DNA of 64,000 bases, taken from Methanothrix sp. (GTDB lineage Archaea > Halobacteriota > Methanosarcinia > Methanotrichales > Methanotrichaceae). Made by a program: the position numbers and the translations under genes. The stretch is taken from contig OY821645.1 of assembly GCA_963682135.1 (NCBI GenBank), positions 1,056,001-1,120,000 of the forward strand. Reading direction: 5' to 3'. This document shows positions 10,652 through 21,344 of this stretch, one piece after another (positions within the stretch are counted from its first letter, which is position 1; each line of letters starts with the position of its first letter). The notes beneath the pieces were generated by a model, which was not told the DNA's origin, ran no database searches, and was given only the letters and a program-made list of their open reading frames with translations.

Positions 10652-11079
10652 CCCTGGTAGTGGCCACTGGCACCTTTGACCTTCTTCATCCCGGCCATGT
10701 CCTCTACCTGGAGCACTCGCGAGCTTTAGGCGACGAGCTGGTGGTTATTGTTGCCAGGGATGTGAATGTGCGCCACAAGCCCAAACCTATACTGCCTGAG
10801 CAGCAGAGGCTGAGGATGGTATCATCCCTCAAGGTCGTGGATAGTGCCGTGCTGGGCGAGGAGACGGATATCTTCCGCACGGTAGAGCAGCTCAAACCGG
10901 ATATAATCACTTTGGGTTATGATCAGCATTTTGATGAGGCGGCTTTGCAGGCGGAGCTGTTTCGTCGTGGCCTGAATCCCCAAATTGTGCGTATTGAGGA
11001 GCATGAGCCCTGCCCCCTTTGCAGCTCCAGCCGCATTGTAACCAAGGTCTTGGAGCGTTTTCGGGGGCGGCGAATCTGA
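10648..11079 (+). CDS. ribL: Archaeal FAD synthase
   Basis: ATGTFDLLHPGH, PDIITLGYDQ, CPLCSSSRI. Confidence 0.85.
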   Translation: MTLVVATGTFDLLHPGHVLYLEHSRALGDELVVIVARDVNVRHKPKPILPEQQRLRMVSSLKVVDSAVLGEETDIFRTVEQLKPDIITLGYDQHFDEAALQAELFRRGLNPQIVRIEEHEPCPLCSSSRIVTKVLERFRGRRI

Positions 11080-11130
11080 TCTCGGGTGATGCCGTCAAGT
11101 ACTTATACAGCTCTCTCGTTAGCGGGCCTG

Positions 11131-11595
11131 ATGGCCAGAGTTGCAGTGGGAGGAACCTTCGACCCCATTCATGATGGGCATATCTCCTTGCTGAGGCGTG
11201 CCTATGAGTTGGGAGGAGAGGGCGAGGTAGTAATTGGTCTCACCTCCGACGAGATGGCCAGAGAGAGCCGGACGCGCTTCGTGAGCAATTTTGAGGTACG
11301 AACGAAGAATCTGCGGGCGGTCTTAAAGAGGTGCTTTGGCATCGAGCACGCCAACATTATAAAGATAGACGACCAATGTGGATCATCCATCTATGATGAT
11401 TTTGATTTTATCGTCGTCTCTCCGGAGACTCTGCCCATGGCTGAGAAGATCAATCGGCTGAGGGCAAAAAAGAATTTAAAAGGCCTACAGATATCCATTG
11501 TTGAGTATCAGCTGGCTCAGGATCTTGTGCGCATCAGCTCCACTCGCATCTATGAAGGAAAGATTGACAAGCATGGCAAGGTTCTGATCGGTTAG
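11131..11595 (+). CDS. coaD: Phosphopantetheine adenylyltransferase
   Basis: VAVGGTFDPIHDGH, IVVSPET, ISSTRI. Confidence 0.88.
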   Translation: MARVAVGGTFDPIHDGHISLLRRAYELGGEGEVVIGLTSDEMARESRTRFVSNFEVRTKNLRAVLKRCFGIEHANIIKIDDQCGSSIYDDFDFIVVSPETLPMAEKINRLRAKKNLKGLQISIVEYQLAQDLVRISSTRIYEGKIDKHGKVLIG

Positions 11596-11657
11596 TTATT
11601 GATTGAATTTGCATCGATTTAGGTCAATTTTCCAGAAAAATTGTCTGCTTGAGACCC

Positions 11658-12560
11658 TTAAATCTTGACCGCCAGCATCCTCTCAATTGACCGGCGCGCC
11701 CTTATCGCAATCTCCTCAGGTACCATGACCTGCGGCTTCAGCGTTTGCAGCGCCCGCAAGACCTTATCAAGGTCGGTCTTCTTCATATTCTGGCAGATGG
11801 CGTTCTTGGCTAACGGATAAAACTCTTTTTCCGGATTTTCTTTCTTCAGCCGGTAGATCATTCCCTCTTCCGTGCCGATGATGAATTCCTTCGCTGCGCT
11901 GGATTTGGCATGTTTTCCCATCCCGGCAGTGCTGTAGGTGAAATCTGCCTCGTCAATGACCTCAGGCCGGCACTCCGGATGCACCAGCACCTCTGCCTGG
12001 GGATGCTCTGCGCGGGCGAGGCGCACCTCCTTTGCGGTCAGATGGTCGTGTACATAGCAGTAGCCGTTCCAGGGAATGATCTTCTTATCGGTAAAGCGGG
12101 CCACATAGGCCGCCAGATTTCTGTCCGGCACAAAGATAACCTCATTCTCAGAGAGTGAGGCCACCACCTGCACGCCGTTTGCGGAAGTGCAGCAGACATC
12201 GCTCTCTGCTTTGATCTCTGCCGTGGAGTTCACGTAGCAGACAACTGCCGCCTCAGGGTGGAGGGCTTTGAGGTCGCGCAGCTCTTCGGGCGAGATCATA
12301 TGGGCCATAGGGCACCAGGCACCCTTCTCAGGCAAAACTACCTTCTTTTGTGGGGAGAGAATGGCCGCAGTCTCTGCCATGAAGTCCACCCCGCAAAAGA
12401 TGATGACCTCTGTGTCCAGGCGGGCTGCCGCCCGGGAGAGCTCCAGGGAGTCGCCCACCAGGTCGGCTACATCCTGCACCTCGGGTATCTGATAGTTATG
12501 AGCCAGTATGGTCGCCTGACGCTCTTCTTTTAAAGCAAGAATCTCTTTTATCGCTGTCAT
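11658..12560 (-). CDS. nadA: Quinolinate synthase
   Basis: ILAHNYQ, FCGVDFMAE, CPMA, YVNS, CYVH, HPEC, CQNMK. Confidence 0.95.
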   Translation of the reverse strand: MTAIKEILALKEERQATILAHNYQIPEVQDVADLVGDSLELSRAAARLDTEVIIFCGVDFMAETAAILSPQKKVVLPEKGAWCPMAHMISPEELRDLKALHPEAAVVCYVNSTAEIKAESDVCCTSANGVQVVASLSENEVIFVPDRNLAAYVARFTDKKIIPWNGYCYVHDHLTAKEVRLARAEHPQAEVLVHPECRPEVIDEADFTYSTAGMGKHAKSSAAKEFIIGTEEGMIYRLKKENPEKEFYPLAKNAICQNMKKTDLDKVLRALQTLKPQVMVPEEIAIRARRSIERMLAVKI

Positions 12561-12715
12561 AGAATTGGCCCCATGCATGGAGAACCTATTATTTCAACCT
12601 TTTTAAATAGATATGCTTAATATTATTATCTCAAATAAAGTGAGATTGACTTACGTCTTAAGAGGATGAGACCGAGGTCTTGCTCATCCTCCGATGGCTG
12701 CGGGAAAAAGGACCA

Positions 12716-13378
12716 TTACGAACATCTTGCCATATCCTTAACTCTCTCCAGGGCCTGCACTGCATCCTCCATCTTGAAGTCGCGTTTGTCTTTGTCCAGG
12801 AATTCTCGAAAACGCTGCAGCTCCTTTTCCTTCACCAGGCCAAAGGCATCAGAAAGCATGCGCTCATAGCTCCGATCGGGAAAGTATTGGGCCTGTGCGC
12901 AATGGAAGAGCTTGTCTTTACAGGAAGCGCTAATTACCCCCATCTGCCAGGCCAAATCCAAATTGAAACGAATGTTCACCAGCGGCTCGGACCTGGGCTC
13001 ATAGGAGAATGGATCGAAGACCAGCGCCACCTCATCATCCGAGACCAGATGGCCGCTCTTGTAAGCCTGATAAATCCTGCCTATGCCCTCCATGCCGTAA
13101 ACGTCCAGCTCTGAGGCGCGCAGGGCTCCCATGCTGGAAGCGCCCAGTACCCTCGCTCCTGCCTCCAGGGCATAGATTACCTCCTTGTGGGCTACCGAGC
13201 ACTCCTGAAAGAAGACGCCATCGATGAGCAGGATGATCTTTGCTCCTTCTCTTGCCGCCTGGTAAATATCTCCTCTCTTGGCAGGAGGCCGATAATCAGC
13301 CTCCAATATCTGCTCCGCCTTATCCGGAGAGAGGCTTGGCCCTAGGAAGACGACTATTCCGGGCATTTTTGCGGGCAT
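12716..13378 (-). CDS. tfuA: TfuA-like protein
   Basis: VFLGPSL, PPAKRGD, IDGVF, GASSMGALRASEL, DDEVAL, SEPLVNIR. Confidence 0.92.
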   Translation of the reverse strand: MPAKMPGIVVFLGPSLSPDKAEQILEADYRPPAKRGDIYQAAREGAKIILLIDGVFFQECSVAHKEVIYALEAGARVLGASSMGALRASELDVYGMEGIGRIYQAYKSGHLVSDDEVALVFDPFSYEPRSEPLVNIRFNLDLAWQMGVISASCKDKLFHCAQAQYFPDRSYERMLSDAFGLVKEKELQRFREFLDKDKRDFKMEDAVQALERVKDMARCS

Positions 13379-14543
13379 CTTTGCACCTCTTTCCCACCCT
13401 TTCCGGGTCCACCGCTGAGATCTCAAGTCCCGGCACAATCACCCTGACCACAGGAAGGCCGATCTCCTCCCGAGTCAGATCAACCACTATGACCCGATCA
13501 AGGCCGGCTTCCTCCAGCTTCTTTACCATATATTTTATGTCTGCCAGGAAGTCGTCGCTCTCAAAAGATTCAATATCGGCAAATGCCTTCTTCTCAGATG
13601 CTTCAAACCAGTGCTGGTTGAGCCTCTTGGTCCTGTCGTAGCCTATCTGTTTTCTAAAATCAGCGATCGTAGTATCTTCTCTTGCCCCGTGAATCTGGGT
13701 AAGGCGGCTTTGCGCCACCTCAGTGAGAGCGCGCAGCACTGCCACGTTGGCGCTGGTATGCGTGCCCATGCCGGTAGTGAGAAGAGTCGGATCGCGCAGC
13801 CGGACATCATCTGCTGCAGCCGCGCAGGTAGGAATGCCAATGTCGCTGGTAATATCCCTCAGATAGACATCCACCTCGGCTGCCGCGAATTTCTCCAGAA
13901 GACCTTTTGCCTGTTCGTCCTCAACATCACAAATTAAGGGACCGGTCTTCCTCGTAGCTTCCACCAGTGCCCAGGCATCTCTTTCTATAACCTCGGCCAG
14001 GCCGTGGAATATCGCCTCTTCAATGACATTGCCTGAAGCCAGGCCACTGGTATTGGTTCTAAAGAGGCGTTTGTATTCGGAGGGCAAGGGATGAAAGACC
14101 GCGTTGGCCGGAACCAGAATCTCCTCATCGTTCATTATGTCCCATCCGGAGATCCAGGGTATCATGGCATCGTGCTCTGCACCCTGGGGCAGGATCAACT
14201 CGCGTGGGTCCAGTGCTCTGTCCAGATGGGAGAAGCAGTCTATCCTGAGCGTTCTGTCTCTTAATTCGGCAGAGTAGCGTTCCAGTCCTTCCATCATGGC
14301 CGATACTTTAGCTTCCGTGGGCGTGGCTCCCTTGCCGTTGTATACGGATATGGCACCTTTATCGGCCATAGGCCGGATGGAGGAGAATACAGGTATGCCG
14401 ATTCGGTCCAGATTGGTTATGTCCGCCACTCTGGTGATCCCGGCGGCAGGCAATTTGGCATCGGCACGCTTGAGTGTTTCCTCAGGAGGCATTGCCCGGT
14501 GGGTATCGTCTTTGTACTTCTTTATGCAGGACGCTAGTATCAT
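13320..14543 (-). CDS. ycaO: YcaO-family McrA thioamidation protein (methanogenesis marker 1)
   Basis: [35 protein letters not shown]...[23 protein letters not shown]; adjacent to tfuA. Confidence 0.93.
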   Translation of the reverse strand: MILASCIKKYKDDTHRAMPPEETLKRADAKLPAAGITRVADITNLDRIGIPVFSSIRPMADKGAISVYNGKGATPTEAKVSAMMEGLERYSAELRDRTLRIDCFSHLDRALDPRELILPQGAEHDAMIPWISGWDIMNDEEILVPANAVFHPLPSEYKRLFRTNTSGLASGNVIEEAIFHGLAEVIERDAWALVEATRKTGPLICDVEDEQAKGLLEKFAAAEVDVYLRDITSDIGIPTCAAAADDVRLRDPTLLTTGMGTHTSANVAVLRALTEVAQSRLTQIHGAREDTTIADFRKQIGYDRTKRLNQHWFEASEKKAFADIESFESDDFLADIKYMVKKLEEAGLDRVIVVDLTREEIGLPVVRVIVPGLEISAVDPERVGKRCKDARKNARNSRLPRAKPLSG

Positions 14544-14583
14544 CGCCAGATGTTTGGATCAGCAATGTAATATAAACTCTGCT

Positions 14584-15000
14584 TCAAAGGAAAGGCAATT
14601 TGTCCTTCTTTCGGTAGGCCAGAGACTGGCAGGTCGCGATCAACCTCCCATCTTCGCCTGTGACGGAAATCTGGCAGGCCGAGATCTTTCGGGAGCGATT
14701 GATCTCACGCCCTTCCGCCAGCAATCTCTCGCCAGGAAGGGGCGCATTGAGATAATTCATATTCACGCCTAATGCCACAGCCACTGTGCCATGCGAGTTG
14801 ACGGTCAGCTCGAAGGTGGCATCCACCAGCGAGAAGATGGCAGCACCATGGATAGTGCCTAAGAGATTGTTCATTTTATCAGAAGTCAACATCTTGAGAA
14901 TGGCATGGCCCGCCTCAAGTTCTACAATCTCTATGCCGAAGATCTTGGCATAAGGCTCCTCACAGAATTGTCTCTCTAATGCTGCCAGACATTGATCCAT
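14584..15000 (-). CDS. PaaI-family hotdog thioesterase
   Basis: N.LGTIHGAAIFSLVD motif. Confidence 0.88.
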   Translation of the reverse strand: MDQCLAALERQFCEEPYAKIFGIEIVELEAGHAILKMLTSDKMNNLLGTIHGAAIFSLVDATFELTVNSHGTVAVALGVNMNYLNAPLPGERLLAEGREINRSRKISACQISVTGEDGRLIATCQSLAYRKKDKLPFL

Positions 15001-15068
15001 AGTATAATTCCTCGAACCAAGGATTATTCTCGAAACGGTTATATTGGCTACGCTCGATCTAAGGAGCT

Positions 15069-15572
15069 ATGCCCAGCTCCCCAGGCAACAGGCAAGAGCC
15101 GGTCTCCATTGAGGTGAGCGGCCCAGCGGTGTCCATTGTCCTAACCCAGGGCGCTATCAATATCTGGTTTGGAAAAAAATTTGATAAATCAATTATCGCC
15201 AAGATTCTCTTGATTATCTCAAAGGTGGATGGAACTGCGGAGCACGAGAAGGAGGTCTTATGCCCTTTCGAGAAGATCAGCGAGTTCGAGAACAACGGCT
15301 ACATCCTCACCTCCTACGCCCGCAAGAAAGAGAAGTACAGGGCCATATTTGTCGTTCCGTTCTCCAATTCACGTGCGCTGGAGATGTTCATGGAGTCCAT
15401 CTCCCAGGAGACGGAGAAAGAGGATGTTAAGATCACCCTTTACTGGAGGGGAGGCAGAATCAGGATGAATCTGATAAAAGAGGAGCTGTCCAGGCTCAAT
15501 TGTTTTGGCACACTAAATGTGATTTATAAGGATGAGCTGATGGGAGCTGTTAGCAGGAGAGAGGAGTCATGA
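15069..15572 (+). CDS. Hypothetical protein
   Basis: 167-aa ORF; ATGA overlap with downstream aminotransferase. Confidence 0.7.
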   Translation: MPSSPGNRQEPVSIEVSGPAVSIVLTQGAINIWFGKKFDKSIIAKILLIISKVDGTAEHEKEVLCPFEKISEFENNGYILTSYARKKEKYRAIFVVPFSNSRALEMFMESISQETEKEDVKITLYWRGGRIRMNLIKEELSRLNCFGTLNVIYKDELMGAVSRREES

Positions 15573-16672
15573 GATTTGCAAGCTGCACGGAAAAAATTGA
15601 GATATCAGGCATAAGGAAATGTTTTGAGGGAGCGGCCCCTGGGTCAGTTAATTTAGGGCTGGGCCAGCCGGACTTCGACACGCCGGAGCATATCAAGAAG
15701 GCGGCAATTGTTGCTATTGAAAAGGGACTGTGCGGCTATACTCCCAACTGTGGCGTGCCACAACTTCGCACTGCCATCGCGGAAAAGTTCTGCTCCGAGA
15801 ACCGGATCGATTGCATTGCCGAGGATATTATGGTAACCAGCGGGGCCAGCGAAGCCCTCTTCCTGGTTATAGCCGCTCTGGTCGACCGGGGCGAGGAGGT
15901 TCTGATAGGCGATCCGAGTTTCCTCTCCTATGCTGAGCTGACCCGCCTGGTGGGAGGCAGACCGGTGAGCGTTCCTCTTGATGATCATCTTCGTCTCGCG
16001 CCAGAGGATATTTCACAGAGGATTACAGACAATACCCGCCTGATAATAGTAAATTCGCCCTCCAATCCCACGGGTTCGGTGGCAACACCCCAGCAAATGC
16101 GCGCCATTGCAGAAATCGCCGAGGATAGAGGCATTTGGGTGCTCTCCGATGAGGTCTATGAGCATTTCATCTACCAGGGAGCGCATGTCAGCCCCGGCCA
16201 GTTCTCTGATAACGTCATCACCGTGAATGCCGTCTCCAAGACCTATGCTATGACCGGCTGGAGACTGGGCTATCTGGCTGCCAAAGGTGATGCTCTCGAG
16301 CAACTGCTCAAGATTCACCAGTATGTTCAGGCATGCGCCAGCTCCATCTCTCAGGCCGCGGCTCTGGAGGCCATCACCGGGCCGCAGGAGTGCGTAGCCC
16401 AGATGAGAGACGAATTCAAAGCCCGCCGGGATCTGCTGGTTAAAGGCTTCCGGGAGATGGGTATAGATATCATTGAGCCGGATGGCGCTTTCTACCTTTT
16501 CCCCCGAGTAGGAGACGGGGACGCGGTCGCTGCCCGCCTGGGCAAAGCGGGTGTCATCGCTGTTCCAGGATCGGCCTTTGGGCCGGGCGGAAAAGAGCAC
16601 ATCCGAATCTCTTATGCCGCGGCACGCTCTCAGCTTGAGGAAGCAATGCGACGCATGAAAGACATCCTTTAA
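15569..16672 (+). CDS. PLP-dependent class I/II aminotransferase
   Basis: LGLGQPDF, NSPSNPTG, SDEVY, SKTYAMTGWRLG. Confidence 0.93.
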   Translation: MRFASCTEKIEISGIRKCFEGAAPGSVNLGLGQPDFDTPEHIKKAAIVAIEKGLCGYTPNCGVPQLRTAIAEKFCSENRIDCIAEDIMVTSGASEALFLVIAALVDRGEEVLIGDPSFLSYAELTRLVGGRPVSVPLDDHLRLAPEDISQRITDNTRLIIVNSPSNPTGSVATPQQMRAIAEIAEDRGIWVLSDEVYEHFIYQGAHVSPGQFSDNVITVNAVSKTYAMTGWRLGYLAAKGDALEQLLKIHQYVQACASSISQAAALEAITGPQECVAQMRDEFKARRDLLVKGFREMGIDIIEPDGAFYLFPRVGDGDAVAARLGKAGVIAVPGSAFGPGGKEHIRISYAAARSQLEEAMRRMKDIL

Positions 16673-16707
16673 ATAGGAGAGTTGCATTCGTCGCTAGGAG
16701 TGATGAA

Positions 16708-17091
16708 ATGAAGGAGCAGGTTGAGGTTAGAGAGCTGAAAGAAGGAAGATACGTTATCATTGACGAAGAGCCATGCATAATCAAGAGCATATCCCATTCC
16801 AAGCCCGGCAAACATGGCAGTGCCAAGGCTAGAGTGGATGCGATAGGCATCTTCGACAACCAGAAGAAGTCCATCGTTCAGCCGGTTACCACCAAGATTT
16901 ATGTGCCTACTGTGGAGCGCAAGACAGGACAGGTTCTCTCCATAAGCGATACCTCGGTGCAGCTCATGGATCTGGGTAGCTTCGCCACAGTCGACATTCC
17001 CATAACTGCGGATCAGAAGGAAAAGATCGAGGAAGGAAAAGAGGTTCCCTATCTCTTTGTCATGGGCAGGAGCAAGCTGGACCTGCGCTAA
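16708..17091 (+). CDS. eif5a: Translation factor aIF-5A
   Basis: SKPGKHGSAK hypusine-site motif. Confidence 0.96.
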   Translation: MKEQVEVRELKEGRYVIIDEEPCIIKSISHSKPGKHGSAKARVDAIGIFDNQKKSIVQPVTTKIYVPTVERKTGQVLSISDTSVQLMDLGSFATVDIPITADQKEKIEEGKEVPYLFVMGRSKLDLR

Positions 17092-17114
17092 AAGATCCTT
17101 CAAAATCTATTTTC

Positions 17115-17981
17115 ATGTTCCAAAGGTGCGGTTTTGCCGACGCCGATGCAGATTTGCAGGATGCGGACTACGTAGTGTTGGGGCTTCCCTTCGACGCAAC
17201 CGCATCTTTTCGATCCGGTTCGCGGGACGGACCGGATGCCATTCGTCTTGCCTCTTTTAACTTCGAGAGCTATGACTGCAATTATGACCTGGACTTGGCC
17301 ACTCTCGCCATTTGCGATCTGGGAAATATGGATCTAGGTGCAGATCCCGCTTATGCCGAGGAGACCATAAAGGAGGGCATTGTCCTGCTGCCCAAAGCTG
17401 CCGTTCCTGTCTTTTTAGGTGGAGAGCATTCCATTACCCCGCCAATTGTAGAGGGCCTGGCGCAGAAAAGCAGAGACGGAGCACTGGGCGTGCTGGTACT
17501 GGACGCACACCTGGATCTGCGCGAACAGTTCGGCAACACCAGATACAGCCATGCCTGCGCCAGCCGCAGAATCCTGGAGAAGAAGGGCATCGGCGCTTTT
17601 GCCTCCATCGGCATTCGCAGTGGCTGCAAAGAGGAGTTCACCTTCGCGAAGGAGAACGGCATATCGTACCACACTTCACGCGAAGTATTTGAGAGAGGCA
17701 TCGATTATGTTCTGGACGACGCATTGGAAAGACTGAATTGCGAGCGGCTCTACCTGTCCATCGACCTGGATGCTCTTGATCCGGCATTTGCGCCGGCGGT
17801 GGGCAACCCGGAGCCCTTTGGCCTCACCTCCTGGGATGTGTCGAGGGTCATTGAGCGTGTTGCACCACGGGCAGTGGGATTGGATATAAACGAGCTGACC
17901 CCGGCCTACGATCACGGCGAGACGGCGCTTCTGGCGGCAAGGCTCGCGCGGGAGTTCATAGCAGCAAAGGCAAAAAGATGA
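17115..17981 (+). CDS. speB: Agmatinase
   Basis: GGEHSIT, DAHLD, SIDLDALDPAFAP. Confidence 0.92.
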   Translation: MFQRCGFADADADLQDADYVVLGLPFDATASFRSGSRDGPDAIRLASFNFESYDCNYDLDLATLAICDLGNMDLGADPAYAEETIKEGIVLLPKAAVPVFLGGEHSITPPIVEGLAQKSRDGALGVLVLDAHLDLREQFGNTRYSHACASRRILEKKGIGAFASIGIRSGCKEEFTFAKENGISYHTSREVFERGIDYVLDDALERLNCERLYLSIDLDALDPAFAPAVGNPEPFGLTSWDVSRVIERVAPRAVGLDINELTPAYDHGETALLAARLAREFIAAKAKR

Positions 17982-18673
17982 GATTGATATGTGCATTGTT
18001 CATCCTTTTTCTCGCATTGATGTTGCAAGCAAGCGGTCAGCAGAACGCTGAAGGATGGCTGAGCATGCAGGGTCCAAATACGGCTCTATCCTTGATAGAC
18101 AAAGGCGTTGCCCTCGGGGACCAGGGCAAGTTCGATGAGGCCATCAAAGCTCTTGACGAGGCCATCAGGCTGGACACCAATTATGCCTATGCCTGGAACA
18201 GCAAAGGCATTATTCTCCATAACCAGGGTAGGTACGATGAGGCCATAAAATGCGTTAATGAGGCCATAAGGCTGGACCCCAATTATGCCTATGCTTGGAA
18301 CATCAAAGGCGTCATTCTCAGGAACCAGGGTGCGGCTCTCGATGACCCTGATATCAGTCTCGATGGCCAGGACAAGTACGATGAGGCTATGAGATGTTTT
18401 GATGAGGCCATCAGACTTAATCCCAACCTCACCCAGGCCTGGATCGACAAAGGCATAGCTCTCCTGGGCCAGGGTCGTGCCCTCATCCGTCTCGGTTTTA
18501 ATGGCAATAGTGAGTATGATAAGGCCATAAAATGCTTTGATGAGGCCATCAGTCTAAATCCTGACAATGCCGTGGTCTGGAATCAAAAAGGCGCTGCTCT
18601 TTATAAAATGGGCCGCGACACAGAGGCAGAAACTGCCTTTTCCAGAGCCAGGGAATTGGGGGGTAAAGGCTGA
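17978..18673 (+). CDS. Secreted TPR protein
   Basis: Signal peptide; repeated DEAI..DP/NP...AW.NKG. Confidence 0.88.
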   Translation: MRLICALFILFLALMLQASGQQNAEGWLSMQGPNTALSLIDKGVALGDQGKFDEAIKALDEAIRLDTNYAYAWNSKGIILHNQGRYDEAIKCVNEAIRLDPNYAYAWNIKGVILRNQGAALDDPDISLDGQDKYDEAMRCFDEAIRLNPNLTQAWIDKGIALLGQGRALIRLGFNGNSEYDKAIKCFDEAISLNPDNAVVWNQKGAALYKMGRDTEAETAFSRARELGGKG

Positions 18674-18692
18674 TTGCAGAAATGCTGCCAGT

Positions 18693-19661
18693 CTATTCAG
18701 GCGTCGTGATTTCTTTGTAACAGGTGCAATCGAATACGCTTTTTGTGTCAGCAGCAAACCCCTTTTTATCGAAGGGCATCATGTCTTTCCAGCCCGCAAA
18801 GCAGCATGGTAACCAACTGTTTGCTTTGTCGTCAGGGTCATCGGATCTATCGAATACGGTCTTCATATTTATCTTTCGCGTCAGATCATATGTGCCCCAA
18901 TATCGTTCTTCTCCCATACTGAATGCAGGATAATTCTGGTGTTTGGCATCGTACTCTGTATCTCTGAACCGATAGCTTAAATCTGCGATTCCCGTGGAGT
19001 TAGATTTGATTTCGTAACCCAAATATTTTGTCGGCTTGAACTCTGCAAAGATGGTGGAATCATCTACCGCCTGGACGGTAGCATTCATCCTTTGCAGCCA
19101 CATAATAGTTTTTTGTTCCTTAGATAGTTCACGGTTATATAGGAAGCTTGAACCCACAAAGTCTCCATTATTCCCCTCAAAATCTCGGTCATTTATTCCC
19201 TGACCAGAGTAATCGAGGGTTCTATTGCTCTTTATGAAGACAGGCCATTTCTCAGTCTCGTACTCGATTGTATATATATCAGTTCCAGCCGGCTTATCAA
19301 CTGTGATATTGATTTCGTCCGGGTAGATAGCAGACTGCATCATTATCAGGTCTGTCGATTTGTAGCTGCCTTCGAGAGAACTTGTCCTCTGCCTGAACCG
19401 AACGTCATTATTTCCTACTTCTGCATAATAGGACTGGTACGAATGCAGTATTCTACTACGCGCCTTTACTGGTGATATGTCTATAGGAGAAACGTTGCCT
19501 TTCACTGAGCTTGACAGGTCAAAACTGATATTACTACTCTGGCGATAGATGGACCAGTGAGACGCGTTGGTGTCGACGCTGCTCGCCCAGAAGATTGCAC
19601 TCGCGTTTGAATGAAGTGCAAATATCACTATCAATAGGAGTGCCAAAGGCCCATATTTCAT
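18693..19661 (-). CDS. Secreted hypothetical protein with Cys-containing C-terminus
   Basis: Signal peptide; ends WLPCC...FDCTC. Confidence 0.75.
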   Translation of the reverse strand: MKYGPLALLLIVIFALHSNASAIFWASSVDTNASHWSIYRQSSNISFDLSSSVKGNVSPIDISPVKARSRILHSYQSYYAEVGNNDVRFRQRTSSLEGSYKSTDLIMMQSAIYPDEINITVDKPAGTDIYTIEYETEKWPVFIKSNRTLDYSGQGINDRDFEGNNGDFVGSSFLYNRELSKEQKTIMWLQRMNATVQAVDDSTIFAEFKPTKYLGYEIKSNSTGIADLSYRFRDTEYDAKHQNYPAFSMGEERYWGTYDLTRKINMKTVFDRSDDPDDKANSWLPCCFAGWKDMMPFDKKGFAADTKSVFDCTCYKEITTPE

Positions 19662-19662
19662 A

Positions 19663-20301
19663 TCAGGGGCAGGGCAAGGTCAAGAGAGATGCATTGCCGC
19701 TCTCCAGTGACATCCTCATATTCAGGTATCCGGAATAGGCACCGCTCATGACATAGATAGGCACCGCTGCGGAGCTTTTTTGCACCCGCGCTCCTACTCT
19801 GGCCGTTCCCTCTACCTCGGAATGAATGCTGTAGACAGAGTTGTTGTCCGTCTGGCTGACGGATGTATCCTTGATCAGCTCCACCAGGCCTGAATAACTC
19901 TCCGAGTAGACCGATCCCACCTCATAATTCTTGGCGCATAGCGCGTTCTTTAGCTCGCTATTGGTTATGGGCGCACTGTATCTGGACGGCCTGTTCTGAT
20001 ATACACCCCATTCGTTCGACATGATCTCATTGTAGCCGTCTTCAAAGCCGCCGTAGACCTGTGTATTAATCGTTCGGGAGACGGTACCGGTGCCTCTTGT
20101 TCCTATGACCAGCTTCTGTCCATGAAGACCGGCTTCCGACTGGTAAATGCGCATTTCGTCTGTGGTTCCCTGACTGTAGATCCAGGAATGCTCAGTGAGA
20201 TTCTGGGGCACTTTTGCGGCATTAACAACAAGAACGCTTGTGCTGGCAATAACAGATATTATCACTAATCCGAAAATCAACGATCCGGGCCACCATCTCA
20301 T
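19663..20301 (-). CDS. Secreted hypothetical protein
   Basis: Signal peptide; co-oriented, 1 bp from next gene; ends LPCP. Confidence 0.75.
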   Translation of the reverse strand: MRWWPGSLIFGLVIISVIASTSVLVVNAAKVPQNLTEHSWIYSQGTTDEMRIYQSEAGLHGQKLVIGTRGTGTVSRTINTQVYGGFEDGYNEIMSNEWGVYQNRPSRYSAPITNSELKNALCAKNYEVGSVYSESYSGLVELIKDTSVSQTDNNSVYSIHSEVEGTARVGARVQKSSAAVPIYVMSGAYSGYLNMRMSLESGNASLLTLPCP

Positions 20302-20357
20302 CTGAACACCTCAACCACAGAGCCTTCATAGCCGGGCATTGAATATAAATGTGATCC

Positions 20358-21224
20358 CTATTTTCGCTTATTGCGTCCTCGCTGCTTGATTTCTCTCAGG
20401 CGGGTTTCCAGAGATGTCTGCAGATGCAAAGAGGGGCCGGCTGCGAATTGGTCCAGGCGAGCAGCGATGGCCAGCTTTGCCGCCAGGGTGCGAGCCACAC
20501 GCCCCCTCAGCTTTTTAGCGGACCCTATCACGGCGGGATGGCGAAAGATTATGCCGTGCTTGGGAGAAGGTGCTTGGCCCTTGAGATGCTTGAAGAGAGA
20601 CTTTTCTGCGCCTAAGACCTGTATTCGACTGGAAGGCATCTTTGCCAAATAACATAGCCCGCCTGCCCGGGAGATGAGCCGCGCCGCCAGGATGGGGCCC
20701 GCGAGAGCTGAGAGATTGGGGGCCAGAGTCTGCACCGTGGCAGAGACGTCTGCTTGCGTGGCATTGCGTGACTCTCGCAGGTTCAGGATCGCTTTGGCCA
20801 GTGTGCCCATATTCTCGTCTTCTTTTAATCCTTGAGCCAGATCATTTCCATGAACGATCTCCTGGCTGTGCAGGCGGGACCATTCGTAGAGACTCTCGTC
20901 GAGCAGATTGATCGCCTGGGAGAAATTATCCAGGGCCTGCATGGCCTGAAGAAGATCCTGCTCAACCGTGCTGCCCGACAGAATGCTTCGGCGCACCAGG
21001 CCCAGGGCAGTTTCTCGCAGCAGCTTGTTATATTCTTCGTCGTCAGAGGCAAAGTTGCAGCTCTTGGCCAGGGCGCGCAGGTCGGGCTGAGGAAGAGGAA
21101 AGACATTGTCCGGATCCTGCTCGATCTTCAGTTTTCCTTCTGATCCTTCTCTGCCAGGCAAGCTTTCAGTCAGCAAGCATCCTGTCTGCAGGTCAACTCT
21201 TCCAAACCAGGTCAAAAGCTCCAT
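20358..21224 (-). CDS. Nop5/Nop56-family C/D box RNP protein
   Basis: APNLSALAGP..AARLI, MPSSRIQVLGAEK, PSPKHGIIF. Confidence 0.9.
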   Translation of the reverse strand: MELLTWFGRVDLQTGCLLTESLPGREGSEGKLKIEQDPDNVFPLPQPDLRALAKSCNFASDDEEYNKLLRETALGLVRRSILSGSTVEQDLLQAMQALDNFSQAINLLDESLYEWSRLHSQEIVHGNDLAQGLKEDENMGTLAKAILNLRESRNATQADVSATVQTLAPNLSALAGPILAARLISRAGGLCYLAKMPSSRIQVLGAEKSLFKHLKGQAPSPKHGIIFRHPAVIGSAKKLRGRVARTLAAKLAIAARLDQFAAGPSLHLQTSLETRLREIKQRGRNKRK

Positions 21225-21344
21225 TTGCTAATACTCCTGCCCGATCTGGAATAGATTACTTTCGCCCCGCGGTGATTCAGCTTAAATACTTCCAGGGCAA
21301 GTTACAGTCACCTCTCAATAAAAAAATTAGGGGGCATATTGTCT

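Noticed and set aside
12716-14543. YcaO-TfuA (with SagB-like gene at 46192) as a novel RiPP cluster
   Set aside because: In methanogens this pair is the known McrA thioamidation system; no precursor peptide is adjacent and the SagB-like gene is more than 30 kb away.
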